Origin: Calditrichia bacterium | GTDB taxonomy: Bacteria; Calditrichota; Calditrichia; RBG-13-44-9; J075 | NCBI GenBank assembly: GCA_050633245.1 | Contig: JBOEGD010000007.1 | Span: 251,624-315,623 of the forward strand | Direction of reading: 5' to 3' | Length of the DNA: 64,000 bases | In this document: one piece after another, positions 49,508 to 59,513 of the stretch | Layout: each line of letters begins with the position of its first letter | How positions within the stretch are numbered: the stretch's first letter is position 1 | Notes under the pieces: generated by a model | Databases searched by the model: none | The model's input: the letters and a program-made list of their open reading frames with translations, nothing else | Told to the model about the DNA's origin: nothing | Program-made: the position numbers and the translations under genes

Positions 49508-51382
49508 TTATTCTGCAAGCCAAGTCATTATAGTATTCATTATTCCTGAATAATCACTGGTAAGATATTGCTGCGGATGCGGTGTCAGGCTCGTTAGAAC
49601 CAGCTTTTGATTTCCAGATTCACGAACTGCAATTACCGGCTTACCGGCCATTGTGGCAACAACTTTCCAGCCGGATTTCATATTCATCATCGTTTCGAAG
49701 TATCTGTCGGATTTAGCAATTTTTGTTTTACTGCCAAATAGCGACGTCAATCTGCTACCCAGCTCGGTATTACCACCTTGTAGCCGTATTTCCATGTCCT
49801 TGGCTGTACCTTTAGTACCGTAGAACTGTTGAAAATATTGGTTCGGGTTAATAACAAGCAGATTAATCTTACTATCCATCAACTTTTTTAACTGCTGTTG
49901 TTCGGAGCGAGTGAAATTATAAGGCCGGATAAAGACAACTATGCTCTTTTTTGATTTCGAGATAGTTTCGGTTGAAATACCGGTAATAGCATCCTTTAAT
50001 CCGACAAACTGAACATTCACTCCCGATTTCAATGCCTTTTGCAAGACCGAGAAATTTGAAGTTCCCCATCTCTGCCCCTCCAGGCTCACCATATCCGACT
50101 CTGATATAATAACAAAAAGCTGTCCGCGTGCAACAGTCGGTGCAGTAGGTACCGACTGTTTAGTAATGGAATTCAGGACGTTTAATTCATCCACTTCAAG
50201 ATAAGTATCTTCATACAGCACCACTTTATCGCAGATAGCCAACTGATGCTGTAGTGCACTTCGAAATGTATTTTGATCCATTGGGAATCGACCATCATCT
50301 ACAGATAATGCTCCCCAGACCTTGAAGCCATAAGGCATGAATGCGGTTGTTTGGTATCTCGAAAGCTCCGGTTGAGTGTTGTAGGACATTGGAATTAACA
50401 CATCTATTCCGGCACGACGTAACATTTCTGGATTAAACTGCCCGTAGTTGTGCGCAACTTCTCTTAAATGATACTCTTGCGGAGCAACCAGAAAGATTCC
50501 AACCATTAATTTCGAATCAGATGCGTTCTTTGCTACATCTACAACTTCTTTTATCAGTGAGGTAACAGAAACTTCGCGAAAGCGCACCCAACGTTCAAAC
50601 ATATCGGAATCTGTCGACTTGGTTGCATTTACAAGGCTGGAAAAGTTTAATGAAGCCTTGTTCCACTTGGAAAATTCATTGATAAAGTCAGGTGCAAATC
50701 CCCAATTGCGCTGTTGAAATCGAAAATGATCCAGAATAATGCCATCAGGTTGAAACGATGCAACGAAATCCTGTGTAAACTCCAGCAAAACCTGTCTATT
50801 TTTTTCATCATAAATTGACGGCTTACTCTTCGAATACTCTCCCCGGTCGTTTCTTTGCATCATTGGTTTTTCCGGGTGAAGGTAATTCAACCAGTTAATA
50901 CAAATATAAAATCTGATTCCGAGCTCTCTGGCCGCGTCAACTGCATTTTCAAACTTCTTTTTTGCTGCTCCACTCACTTGCCGCGGAGCCATCACATAAA
51001 TCACATCTGTAATACCTGGATAGCGGGTTTGCAAAAAACGCTTCCAGTTACGTGCTCCGTTGACAGGGTCTCCAAGGTCGACTTCTCCACGTGGATTACC
51101 GTCATAATTGCTTTTAGTAATGTGAAAAGTGGGAACAATCGCCGGAGAAACAGAGCCGGGAGAGGCCGGACGTGGTGATCTACTCGCGGAAGGCATGGAC
51201 GCTGCCGCAGGAACAGTGGTTGCCGCTGAACTCCTGACAGATGTCGGGGTATCGGGTGTTGCAACAACTTCTGTATCAGCTGCTTTGGCGGGTTTATCTG
51301 CAGCATTGATTTCGGTTTTGGTAACTTTTTGATCGCATGCTCCAAGCAACAGAAAAGCTGCGAGAAAGATACTTTTATTCAT
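49508..51382 (-). CDS. Lipoprotein with a putative GHL10/DUF187-like glycoside-hydrolase barrel
   Basis: Lipobox LGAC, Pro/Ser/Ala/Thr linker, PDGIILDHFRF, WVRFR, IDVLIPMSY. Confidence 0.6.
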   Translation of the reverse strand: MNKSIFLAAFLLLGACDQKVTKTEINAADKPAKAADTEVVATPDTPTSVRSSAATTVPAAASMPSASRSPRPASPGSVSPAIVPTFHITKSNYDGNPRGEVDLGDPVNGARNWKRFLQTRYPGITDVIYVMAPRQVSGAAKKKFENAVDAARELGIRFYICINWLNYLHPEKPMMQRNDRGEYSKSKPSIYDEKNRQVLLEFTQDFVASFQPDGIILDHFRFQQRNWGFAPDFINEFSKWNKASLNFSSLVNATKSTDSDMFERWVRFREVSVTSLIKEVVDVAKNASDSKLMVGIFLVAPQEYHLREVAHNYGQFNPEMLRRAGIDVLIPMSYNTQPELSRYQTTAFMPYGFKVWGALSVDDGRFPMDQNTFRSALQHQLAICDKVVLYEDTYLEVDELNVLNSITKQSVPTAPTVARGQLFVIISESDMVSLEGQRWGTSNFSVLQKALKSGVNVQFVGLKDAITGISTETISKSKKSIVVFIRPYNFTRSEQQQLKKLMDSKINLLVINPNQYFQQFYGTKGTAKDMEIRLQGGNTELGSRLTSLFGSKTKIAKSDRYFETMMNMKSGWKVVATMAGKPVIAVRESGNQKLVLTSLTPHPQQYLTSDYSGIMNTIMTWLAE

Positions 51383-51459
51383 GATATGACTGTATAGTTT
51401 TTTTTCCATAGTCTGTTACTCGCTTATAGTTAACAGGAAGTGCAAACATCAGCACAATA

Positions 51460-52659
51460 CTAGGCACGATCATCCACGGCAGTAAGCATCTTTTTTCCCC
51501 TTGCCAAAATACTTAGCAGCGGGTCTGCAATAAGCGCCAGAAAACAGCCGATAACGAAGGCAGTAGCGGCAGCAAGAATTACAATCAAGCCACGCTTCGG
51601 AGAACTCTTTTTTATCGGAGGCACTGCTACATCAAGCACCTGCAGTGTCGGAGTATCGTTCATCTCCTGTAGCTTTATCTGCTCGTATTGTTTGGCAAAA
51701 AACTCGTATAACAGATTTTGTACTTCTACATTTCTTCGCAGGCGAAGATAGTCAAGCCCCAGCTCCGGAAGCCGTTTAAAAGCCGGCAATGCAGGAGCTG
51801 CGCCCTTTGCATGAGGAGTGCCCTGTTGCAGGTCTTTCAGCTTTATTCGAAGTGCCTGAACCTCAAGTTTCTTTTGACGAATCTGAGAGTTTTCGTTTTG
51901 AAAAAGTTGTCTCAATGTATTAAGCTCAACTTCTTTTATAACAACCTGGGTTTCCAGTTCGGCAATTCGCGCAATTGAAGCTTCCACCTGTTCCGGGAGA
52001 GAGAAGATTCCGTAATCTTCACTGAACTTGCGCAGGCTGTCTTCTGCAGCAGCAAGCTCTACTTTGTTAAGATCAAACCGCTTTTCGATAAGAAGACGAT
52101 TATAGGTTGCCTTCTGTGTCTCAAGAGAAACGTTGTACTCATTCAGTTTATTGACAATGAAGTTCGTAACTTCAGAACTTAACTGTTTTGCCTCGGCTTC
52201 TTCGTCGTCCGGGTGAAGCATTGAAGTTTCAACGGAAAAGGCGATATGCAGCATCTCTTCCTCATCCATAAAATAGTCTAAAGATCCATAGTAGCCCTCC
52301 ATGGCTTCTTCGATATCGCTGGATTCGTAGAGAGTCATCAGATCGAAGTTTTCGATGACAGATTCAGCCATTTTTCGGCTTTTAACAATGGCAATAAATT
52401 TGTTCATGGATCCCGACGCATCACCAATACCGCCCAAAATACCTGCCACCGGCAGGTTTAGAGACAGGCTACCGAAAAGTCCGCCTTCATCAACAGGCGG
52501 TAAAATAGTTGCTTGGGAAGTAAATGTTTTAGGCAAGACCAAAACCAGAATGACGGCAAGAACCGAAACGAGTATGGTGTTTACTATAATTGCCCGGAAT
52601 CGCTTGCGTAGCGCAACATAGTATAGAACAGGATCAAAGGATGCGTTATCATTGTTCAT
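51460..52659 (-). CDS. Wzz/GNVR polysaccharide chain-length regulator (no kinase domain)
   Basis: N- and C-terminal TMs, coiled coil, VLDVAVPPIKKSSPKR. Confidence 0.88.
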   Translation of the reverse strand: MNNDNASFDPVLYYVALRKRFRAIIVNTILVSVLAVILVLVLPKTFTSQATILPPVDEGGLFGSLSLNLPVAGILGGIGDASGSMNKFIAIVKSRKMAESVIENFDLMTLYESSDIEEAMEGYYGSLDYFMDEEEMLHIAFSVETSMLHPDDEEAEAKQLSSEVTNFIVNKLNEYNVSLETQKATYNRLLIEKRFDLNKVELAAAEDSLRKFSEDYGIFSLPEQVEASIARIAELETQVVIKEVELNTLRQLFQNENSQIRQKKLEVQALRIKLKDLQQGTPHAKGAAPALPAFKRLPELGLDYLRLRRNVEVQNLLYEFFAKQYEQIKLQEMNDTPTLQVLDVAVPPIKKSSPKRGLIVILAAATAFVIGCFLALIADPLLSILARGKKMLTAVDDRA

Positions 52660-52688
52660 GACGAGGCAGGTACTCCGATAGAATAAGT

Positions 52689-53933
52689 TTAGTTCGATGC
52701 ACGAATTAGAGCAAATGCGCTTATTCCGATGCTCACAATCGGCGTAAGTATGGTCAGGTAATCTTTAAATGTTTCTCGTCTTTTTCGCGGAACAACGACA
52801 ATATCACCGTTCCCGACAATCACATTGCTGCCGTTGAGCTTCTCTTTACCACCACTTTTGAGGACATAAATATCATCCAAAGACTTGGCGGTTTCAAGAA
52901 GCCCTGCAAAAGCGGCATAATCTGCAGAAGTATAATTGGCAAGGTAAGGAAGCGCTCCGGGCTGTAAAACTTCTCCCTGGACATAGACTTTGTCCTGCGT
53001 GGAAGGGACAGTTACCCGGTCACCCGTTTGCAGAAGCTCAGTTCTCGCTCCTGAAGAAGGGTCGAGTAAGTTAAAATAAATACGTTCAGGGCCACGGTTC
53101 AGAACAACACTTTCAATATTAGATTTTCGGTTTATCGTTCGAAGTCGAGTCAGAAAAGCGAACAACGTTTCCTTTTTTCTAATTTGGTAAATTCCTTGAG
53201 AGCCAACATTTCCCTCAATAATAGCATAGTTCTTAGAAAGGTCTATAGGGGGCACATAGATCAAGTCTCCACCTCTGAGCAAGAAATTCAGAGTGACATC
53301 TCCCCTTAAATAAAAATCACTAATATTAGCTATTTTCTCCTCTCCGGAGATCGTATTTCTAATGGTTATACGAGTATCATCTCCCCAACCTGCTAACCCG
53401 CCTGCCAGCTCAACAGCATTGCTAATTCTATCTACAGAGCGCAGGTAATACGAACCAGGATTACTGACTTCGCCTGTTACGTGAACCCGGAATTTACGCA
53501 ATCGAACCAAACGGACGGAGAACTTCGAATTTCGAAATGCCTTTTTAAGCTCTGCTTTCAGCAGTGAGGCTCCTTCGGCAAGAGTTTTATCTGCAACGTG
53601 AACTTCTGCCACTTCGGGCAAAATAATATACCCTTCCGGTGAAATAGGAACGGTAAATTGATTATCCAATGTTCCCCAGACTTTAACCAAAAGCTGATCA
53701 CCCGGCCCAAGAATATATTGATCGGGGTCAATTGTTTTTTCGAAACTGGTTTCCAGAAGTTGAGCCTGTGGAAGCACTTGCCCACTGGATCGTTGCAACT
53801 GGTTCACATCCACATCTATTCGCGGAACAGAACTACCGCTGCCTTCGCCTTGAGAACTTTGAGATCTGAGAGGAAGAAAAATGCCGCTTATTACAATTAA
53901 CAGCACCATGATTAAACGGGGGGAACAGAACAT
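52689..53933 (-). CDS. Polysaccharide export protein with SLBB domains (Wza/KpsD-like)
   Basis: YILGPGDQL, VTGEVSNPG, VQGEVLQPG, GDIVVVP. Confidence 0.88.
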   Translation of the reverse strand: MFCSPRLIMVLLIVISGIFLPLRSQSSQGEGSGSSVPRIDVDVNQLQRSSGQVLPQAQLLETSFEKTIDPDQYILGPGDQLLVKVWGTLDNQFTVPISPEGYIILPEVAEVHVADKTLAEGASLLKAELKKAFRNSKFSVRLVRLRKFRVHVTGEVSNPGSYYLRSVDRISNAVELAGGLAGWGDDTRITIRNTISGEEKIANISDFYLRGDVTLNFLLRGGDLIYVPPIDLSKNYAIIEGNVGSQGIYQIRKKETLFAFLTRLRTINRKSNIESVVLNRGPERIYFNLLDPSSGARTELLQTGDRVTVPSTQDKVYVQGEVLQPGALPYLANYTSADYAAFAGLLETAKSLDDIYVLKSGGKEKLNGSNVIVGNGDIVVVPRKRRETFKDYLTILTPIVSIGISAFALIRASN

Positions 53934-54088
53934 ATTGTACTCTTTAAATTACAATTGCCAAGTTAAAGAAATTACAGCAAATTAGAAAAAAAACACCCTA
54001 TTGAAATAGCGCTCAAATATAGACCCTTTATACAGGTGAAGCAAATTATTTTAGGACTATTTTCGGGGCAAACAATCGAGCTAAATCG

Positions 54089-54877
54089 TTAACCTACACC
54101 AATTTTCAGCTTCTCAACTGCTTCGCGTGCAGCATCTTGCTCAGCGCGTTTCTTGCTCTTTCCTTCTCCAGTGCCCAAGGCTTCGTTGTTCACCCATACT
54201 TCGATGACAAACTGCTTGGCGTGGTCAGGGCCGGTCTCGCGTACTACGCGGTAATTCGGCAGTGAATACCCTTCCCCCTGAGCATATTCTAACAGGATGC
54301 TTTTATAGTTTCGATACATGCCTTTTTGCAGGGTCTTTCCATGATCGTCGAGCAGGTAGGTATGAATAAATTCGTCAGCCATTTGTAATCCCATATCCAA
54401 ATAAATGGCTCCAACGATCGCTTCAAAGGCATCGGCAATAATCGATTTGCGGGTGCGGCCGCCGGTCTTCTCTTCACCACGGTTCATCAAGACCAAATCA
54501 CCGAGATTCATCAGATTTGCCTTGTCGGCAATAACCGGTTTGCTAACTAGCACCGACTTGGCTTTGGACAATTGTCCTTCGCTTTTACCGGGAAAGGTTT
54601 CGTACAAGAATTGGGTAACAACTAAATCCAGAACGGCATCGCCTAAGAATTCCAGCCTTTCGTTGGACTTGATGCGTTTTTCATTGGTGGCATTCAGGTA
54701 GGAACGATGTTTAAGAGCCGTTAAAATTAACGACTCATCGGAAAACGTCAGTTGAAATTGCTTTTGGAAGGCGGCAACAACCGCTTCTTCCGAACGCATT
54801 CCCTCGCGCTTCACCTGCTGTCTATTACCGGCGGGGCTACCGGTAAATCTCGCTTTCAGCCTACGCAGAAACTCCAC
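54089..54877 (-). CDS. rnc: Ribonuclease III
   Basis: NERLEFLGDAVL, ADAFEAIVGAIYLD, dsRBD GPDH...GKSKKRAEQ. Confidence 0.98.
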   Translation of the reverse strand: MEFLRRLKARFTGSPAGNRQQVKREGMRSEEAVVAAFQKQFQLTFSDESLILTALKHRSYLNATNEKRIKSNERLEFLGDAVLDLVVTQFLYETFPGKSEGQLSKAKSVLVSKPVIADKANLMNLGDLVLMNRGEEKTGGRTRKSIIADAFEAIVGAIYLDMGLQMADEFIHTYLLDDHGKTLQKGMYRNYKSILLEYAQGEGYSLPNYRVVRETGPDHAKQFVIEVWVNNEALGTGEGKSKKRAEQDAAREAVEKLKIGVG

Positions 54878-54895
54878 AGAATTAGCCCTATTGCA

Positions 54896-56131
54896 TTAGA
54901 ATTTACTCAAGGAGACACAGGCATTATGCCCACCAAATCCAAAAGTATTTGAAACGACCGCCCGCACTTCGCGCTGATGCGCTTCGTTTGGCGTATAGTT
55001 TAAATCGCATTCCGGATCGGGTGTCTCGTAGTTTATTGTCGGCGGAATCACGTTATTCATTATTGCCAGTGCACTGGCAACAACTTCAACGCCGCCTGCA
55101 GCTCCAAGTAAATGACCGGTCATCGACTTTGTTGAACTGACGTTCAAGCTATCAGCATGATCGCCAAACACAGTGCGAATTGCAGCAGATTCATTTCTAT
55201 CATTAAACGGTGTCGACGTACCGTGGGCATTAACATAATCGATTTCATCCAGATTCAGTCCACCATCCTCAATGCAACGATGCATTGCCCGAACGGCGCC
55301 TTCTCCACCGGGAGCAGGAGCGGTTAAATGATGAGCATCCGCCGTAAACCCTATTCCGCGCAACTCGGCATAGATTTTCGCGCCGCGCTTTTGCGCGTGC
55401 TCAAGCTCTTCGATTACCAGAATACCGGCACCTTCGCCCATCACAAAACCATCGCGGTCACGGTCGAACGGACGGCTTGCGGATTCCGGGCTATCGTTGC
55501 GTGTAGACATCGCTTTCATATTATTGAAGCCAGCTACGCCCATCGGGCAAACGGTTGCTTCCGAACCACCACAGACCATAATATCGGCATCACCATACTT
55601 AACCAGTCGCATTGCATCACCAATTGCATGCGTTCCGGTAGCGCAGGCAGAAACGGTGGCGTAGTTTGGTCCTTTCATGCCGTATTTCATTGAGATCTGT
55701 CCGGCTGCAATATCAGAGATCATCATCGGCACAAAGAAGGGGCTTACTCGTCTTGGTCCACGCTCGATCAATTTACGATGTTCAGCTTCGAAGGTGCTCA
55801 TTCCACCAATTCCCGAGCCAACGACCACACCGGTTCGATACAGATCAATTTTCTCGAGGTCGATTCCCGAGTCAGCTACTGCCTCGTGCGCAGCCATCAT
55901 TGCGAAGATTGTATAGCGATCCATTTTTCGCAGCTCTTTATGGTCAAAATGTGCTTCTGGCTCAAGGCCTTTTACTTCGCAGGCAAATTTGGTTTTGTAG
56001 TCTGTTGTATCAAATAGTGTGATTGGTCCGGCACCACTTTTTCCACTGGTCAGCCCCTGCCAAAACTCGGCTACGGAATTTCCAATAGCGGTAATGGCAC
56101 CCATTCCGGTAATAACAACACGTCTGCTCAT
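54896..56131 (-). CDS. fabF: 3-oxoacyl-ACP synthase II
   Basis: RRVVITGMG, SACATG, NAHGTST, TGHLLGAAG, SNTFGFGGHN. Confidence 0.98.
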   Translation of the reverse strand: MSRRVVITGMGAITAIGNSVAEFWQGLTSGKSGAGPITLFDTTDYKTKFACEVKGLEPEAHFDHKELRKMDRYTIFAMMAAHEAVADSGIDLEKIDLYRTGVVVGSGIGGMSTFEAEHRKLIERGPRRVSPFFVPMMISDIAAGQISMKYGMKGPNYATVSACATGTHAIGDAMRLVKYGDADIMVCGGSEATVCPMGVAGFNNMKAMSTRNDSPESASRPFDRDRDGFVMGEGAGILVIEELEHAQKRGAKIYAELRGIGFTADAHHLTAPAPGGEGAVRAMHRCIEDGGLNLDEIDYVNAHGTSTPFNDRNESAAIRTVFGDHADSLNVSSTKSMTGHLLGAAGGVEVVASALAIMNNVIPPTINYETPDPECDLNYTPNEAHQREVRAVVSNTFGFGGHNACVSLSKF

Positions 56132-56159
56132 GTATGATCCTCTAAACTGGTAAACTTGG

Positions 56160-56197
56160 CAAAAAAAAGGCGCCGCCGACACAGGGGTCGGCGGCGC
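56160..56197 (-). terminator. Intrinsic terminator between acpP and fabF
   Basis: An 11-bp GC-rich stem GCGCCGCCGAC/GTCGGCGGCGC followed by a long T run on the minus strand. Confidence 0.8.
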
Positions 56198-56215
56198 AGA
56201 AAAAATCAGGCGGGA

Positions 56216-56458
56216 TTACTCACCATCTTTGATTTTACCGCTCAGATATGTAACCGCACTGCGTACAGTTGCAATCTTTTGGGCATCATCATCCGGAATT
56301 TCTACTTCAAACTCTTCTTCGAAAGCCATTACCAGCTCTACAGTGTCTAAAGAGTCTGCGCCAAGATCATCAATGAAATGTGCATCTTCTTTTACTTTTT
56401 CCGGGGCTACGCCCAGCTTATCGATAATAATGTCGCGTACTTTGTCTTCTAAGGACAT
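56216..56458 (-). CDS. acpP: Acyl carrier protein
   Basis: [19 protein letters not shown] phosphopantetheine site; SD AAGGAGG. Confidence 0.99.
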   Translation of the reverse strand: MSLEDKVRDIIIDKLGVAPEKVKEDAHFIDDLGADSLDTVELVMAFEEEFEVEIPDDDAQKIATVRSAVTYLSGKIKDGE

Positions 56459-56579
56459 AATTGCCTCCTTGTGTTTTAACCAGGCAGATACTTACTGCTC
56501 CGCCGACTCAGTTAATTTTCGAATATATTAATCATTTACTTGTTGTGCACTCGAAACTCCGAACCGACGGTAGCTATAT

Positions 56580-56608
56580 ATTATACCGACTTTTTATCGC
56601 GGAGTCAC
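56580..56608 (-). promoter_or_regulatory. Putative internal sigma70 promoter for acpP
   Basis: GTGACT-17 nt-TATAAT. Confidence 0.55.
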
Positions 56609-56624
56609 TACTTTCATAAAATAA

Positions 56625-57368
56625 TCAGGACATTACCATTCCACCGTCCACATTCATTACCTGACCGGTGATGTAGCTTGAGGCGTCACTCGACAGAAAA
56701 GCAACCATTTGAGCCACCTCTTCAGGTGTGCCAAATCGGCCTAATGGAATTTGCCCCATCATGGTGTCGCGTACCTTGTCGTCAAGCACATCTGTCATAT
56801 CGGTTTCAATAAACCCCGGTGCCACGGCGTTACATGTAATGCCACGGGAAGACAGCTCCCGAGCCACAGACTTGGTCATACCAATCATACCAGCTTTAGA
56901 CGCAGCATAGTTTACCTGCCCGGCATTTCCGATTAACCCAACCACAGATGTAATATTCACAATGCGCCCGGAACGTTGTTTCATCATTTGACGCGTAACG
57001 GATTTGATGGTATTGAATGCGCCCTTAAGATTAATATTAATGACGGCATCCCAATCTTCTTCTTTCATGCGCATCATCAGATTATCACGCGTCACTCCGG
57101 CGTTATTTACCAACACATCAACCCGCTCGTGAGTCTCAACCGTGGCGCGAATAAGCTCTGCGGCGTCTGCCATTACAGAGACATCCCCAATAACTGCCGA
57201 AGCGGCTCCACCGGCTGCTTCAATCTCTTTACGTACGCCTTCGGCACGTTCCGCATTGCGACCGGAAACAACTACCGTTGCCCCCTGTCCGGCAAGGTGC
57301 AAGGCGATGCTTCGACCAATTCCGCGCGTCGACCCCGTAACGATGGCAACCTTATTTGACAAATTCAA
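56625..57368 (-). CDS. fabG: 3-oxoacyl-ACP reductase
   Basis: TGSTRGIG, NNAGVTRD, YAASK, VAPGFIETDM. Confidence 0.98.
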   Translation of the reverse strand: MNLSNKVAIVTGSTRGIGRSIALHLAGQGATVVVSGRNAERAEGVRKEIEAAGGAASAVIGDVSVMADAAELIRATVETHERVDVLVNNAGVTRDNLMMRMKEEDWDAVININLKGAFNTIKSVTRQMMKQRSGRIVNITSVVGLIGNAGQVNYAASKAGMIGMTKSVARELSSRGITCNAVAPGFIETDMTDVLDDKVRDTMMGQIPLGRFGTPEEVAQMVAFLSSDASSYITGQVMNVDGGMVMS

Positions 57369-57478
57369 TTTGCTTCCCCTTTACACATTAATTGAAGCTG
57401 AATTTCAAGCAAAACAATCTATTGATCAGCGTGCAAATTCGCAACTTAAAAATACAGCTCTGCCTCGCGTTGACGGCG

Positions 57479-58399
57479 TTAGTTAGGCAAATCTTCGAGC
57501 GTTCCGGCAGGTTTACATACATACTCACGGTTGGTGCGTTTTAGCAAACCCTGTAGCACTTTGCCCGGACCAACTTCATAAAAGTCACCATATCCATCGG
57601 CAATCATATTATTCAAAATGCTCTCCCAGCGCACCGGAGACATAAGCTGACGTTTTAAGAGCTCTCGAATCTTTTCGGGATCGGTTGTCGCAGTCGCTTC
57701 CACATTACTGTAAACCGCAACAGTTGGTGTTTCGACAGTCACATTTTGCAGTGCCTCTTCCAATCCCCGGAGTGCATCGCCCATAAGCGGCGAATGAAAT
57801 GCCCCGCTCACAACAAGCTCTTTAGCCATACGCGCACCTTTTTCTTTTGCAAGTGCCATCGCGCGATGAACCGCGGGCACATGACCTGAAATAACAACCT
57901 GCCCCGGCGAGTTAAAGTTCGCCGGTTGCACCAGATCGCTTTCGGACTCGCTGGCTTCCTTACAAATCGCTTCAATGTCATCCGGCTGCATGCCGATTAT
58001 AGCAGCCATTGTGCCGGGATTCTTTTCACCAGCAACTTGCATGAGCTCACCGCGAATCTTTACCAGCTTTACCCCATCTTCAAAGTTAATCGCCCCTGCA
58101 CTAACCAACGCGGAATATTCGCCAAGGCTATGACCGGCAGTCGCCGTTGGGCTTATCCCCTTCTCTTTCATCAGGCGATCCATCACAACGCTATGCACAA
58201 AAATTGCGGGCTGAGTATACTGCGTTTGTTTGAGTGTCTCTTCCGGACCTTCAAAACTATAGTCCCGAAGGGGAAAGTCCAAAATTTCTTCTGCTCGCTT
58301 GAACATTTCCTTTGCCGGGGCCGAATTGGCATACACATCTTTAGCCATGCCAACAAACTGCGATCCCTGTCCGGGAAACAAAAAGACTGTTTTACTCAT
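57479..58399 (-). CDS. fabD: Malonyl-CoA:ACP transacylase
   Basis: FPGQGSQ, GHSLGE, SGAFHS, EVGPGKVL. Confidence 0.98.
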   Translation of the reverse strand: MSKTVFLFPGQGSQFVGMAKDVYANSAPAKEMFKRAEEILDFPLRDYSFEGPEETLKQTQYTQPAIFVHSVVMDRLMKEKGISPTATAGHSLGEYSALVSAGAINFEDGVKLVKIRGELMQVAGEKNPGTMAAIIGMQPDDIEAICKEASESESDLVQPANFNSPGQVVISGHVPAVHRAMALAKEKGARMAKELVVSGAFHSPLMGDALRGLEEALQNVTVETPTVAVYSNVEATATTDPEKIRELLKRQLMSPVRWESILNNMIADGYGDFYEVGPGKVLQGLLKRTNREYVCKPAGTLEDLPN

Positions 58400-58520
58400 A
58401 ACGATTTCATTCTCCTGCAATACCACATGCGGTGGCGGGAAATTTCCCGGCCATCGCAGTGAATAAGTCGTATCAAATTATTTTAGAGCTGCCGTTGGCA
58501 GCATTTTCGACGGGTATAGA

Positions 58521-59513
58521 TTAGAGTGCCCAGCGAAGCAAACAACTTCCCCAGGTAAATCCTGCTCCAAAAGCGGCCATTACAATATTGTCGCCCTTTT
58601 TAAGTTTGTTTTCGCGGTAAATCTCAGAGAGCGCAATTGGAATGGTTCCGGCAGTGGTATTACCATATCGGTCAATATTTATCACGACCTGATCTTCACG
58701 AAGTCCCATACGCTTTGCTGCAGCATCAATAATGCGCTTGTTGGCCTGATGCGGGATAAAGAAGTTTACATCTTCACCGGTCAGTCCGTTTTTTTCAAGA
58801 ATTTCAGCTGAGACATCAGCCATTCGAGAAACGGCAAACTTATACACGGTGCGACCATCCTGATAGATGTAGTGTAATTTATCCTCGACGGTCTTGTGCG
58901 TTGCAGGGTGCAAACTGCCGCCGCCCATCATATACAGATAGTCTTTTCCGGATCCATCGCTACGTAAAATAGAATCCTGCAAACCCAGCGTCTCATCATC
59001 AGAGGGTTCGAGAAGCACAGCGCCACCACCGTCTCCGAAAAGAATACAGGTAGAACGATTGGTATAATCCAGGATCGCAGACATTTTATCGGCACCGACA
59101 ACTAAAACCTTCTTGTGCATACCGCTTTCAATAAATTGGGCTCCGGTGGTAAGCGCATATAAAAAGCCGCTACAGGCGCCATTTAGATCCATTCCCCAGG
59201 CATTTGTAGCACCAACTTGCTCTTGCAAACGACAGGAGCTGCTGGGAAAGAGTGTATCTGGTGTAACGGTTGCAAAAATAATCAGATCAACATCATCCGG
59301 GGAATCGCTTCGATCTGCAAAGAGCATCTCGGTCGCCTTTACACCCATATAAGAAGCCCCTAAAGATGCTTCAAGAATACGACGTTCGCGGATGCCTGTT
59401 CTCGAGACAATCCACTCATCATCTGTCTCAACAATCTTCTCTAATTCTTTATTGGTTAACACCTTTGGAGGAACATAATGTCCTACGCCGGTGATGACTG
59501 CTTTTCGTCCCAT
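58521..59513 (-). CDS. fabH: 3-oxoacyl-ACP synthase III
   Basis: GACSGF, PHQAN, YGNT, AFGAGFTWG. Confidence 0.98.
   Translation of the reverse strand: MGRKAVITGVGHYVPPKVLTNKELEKIVETDDEWIVSRTGIRERRILEASLGASYMGVKATEMLFADRSDSPDDVDLIIFATVTPDTLFPSSSCRLQEQVGATNAWGMDLNGACSGFLYALTTGAQFIESGMHKKVLVVGADKMSAILDYTNRSTCILFGDGGGAVLLEPSDDETLGLQDSILRSDGSGKDYLYMMGGGSLHPATHKTVEDKLHYIYQDGRTVYKFAVSRMADVSAEILEKNGLTGEDVNFFIPHQANKRIIDAAAKRMGLREDQVVINIDRYGNTTAGTIPIALSEIYRENKLKKGDNIVMAAFGAGFTWGSCLLRWAL

Noticed and set aside
54089-54877. Functional link between rnc and the IVS-like element
   Set aside because: fabF-rnc is a common housekeeping arrangement, so proximity is not evidence.
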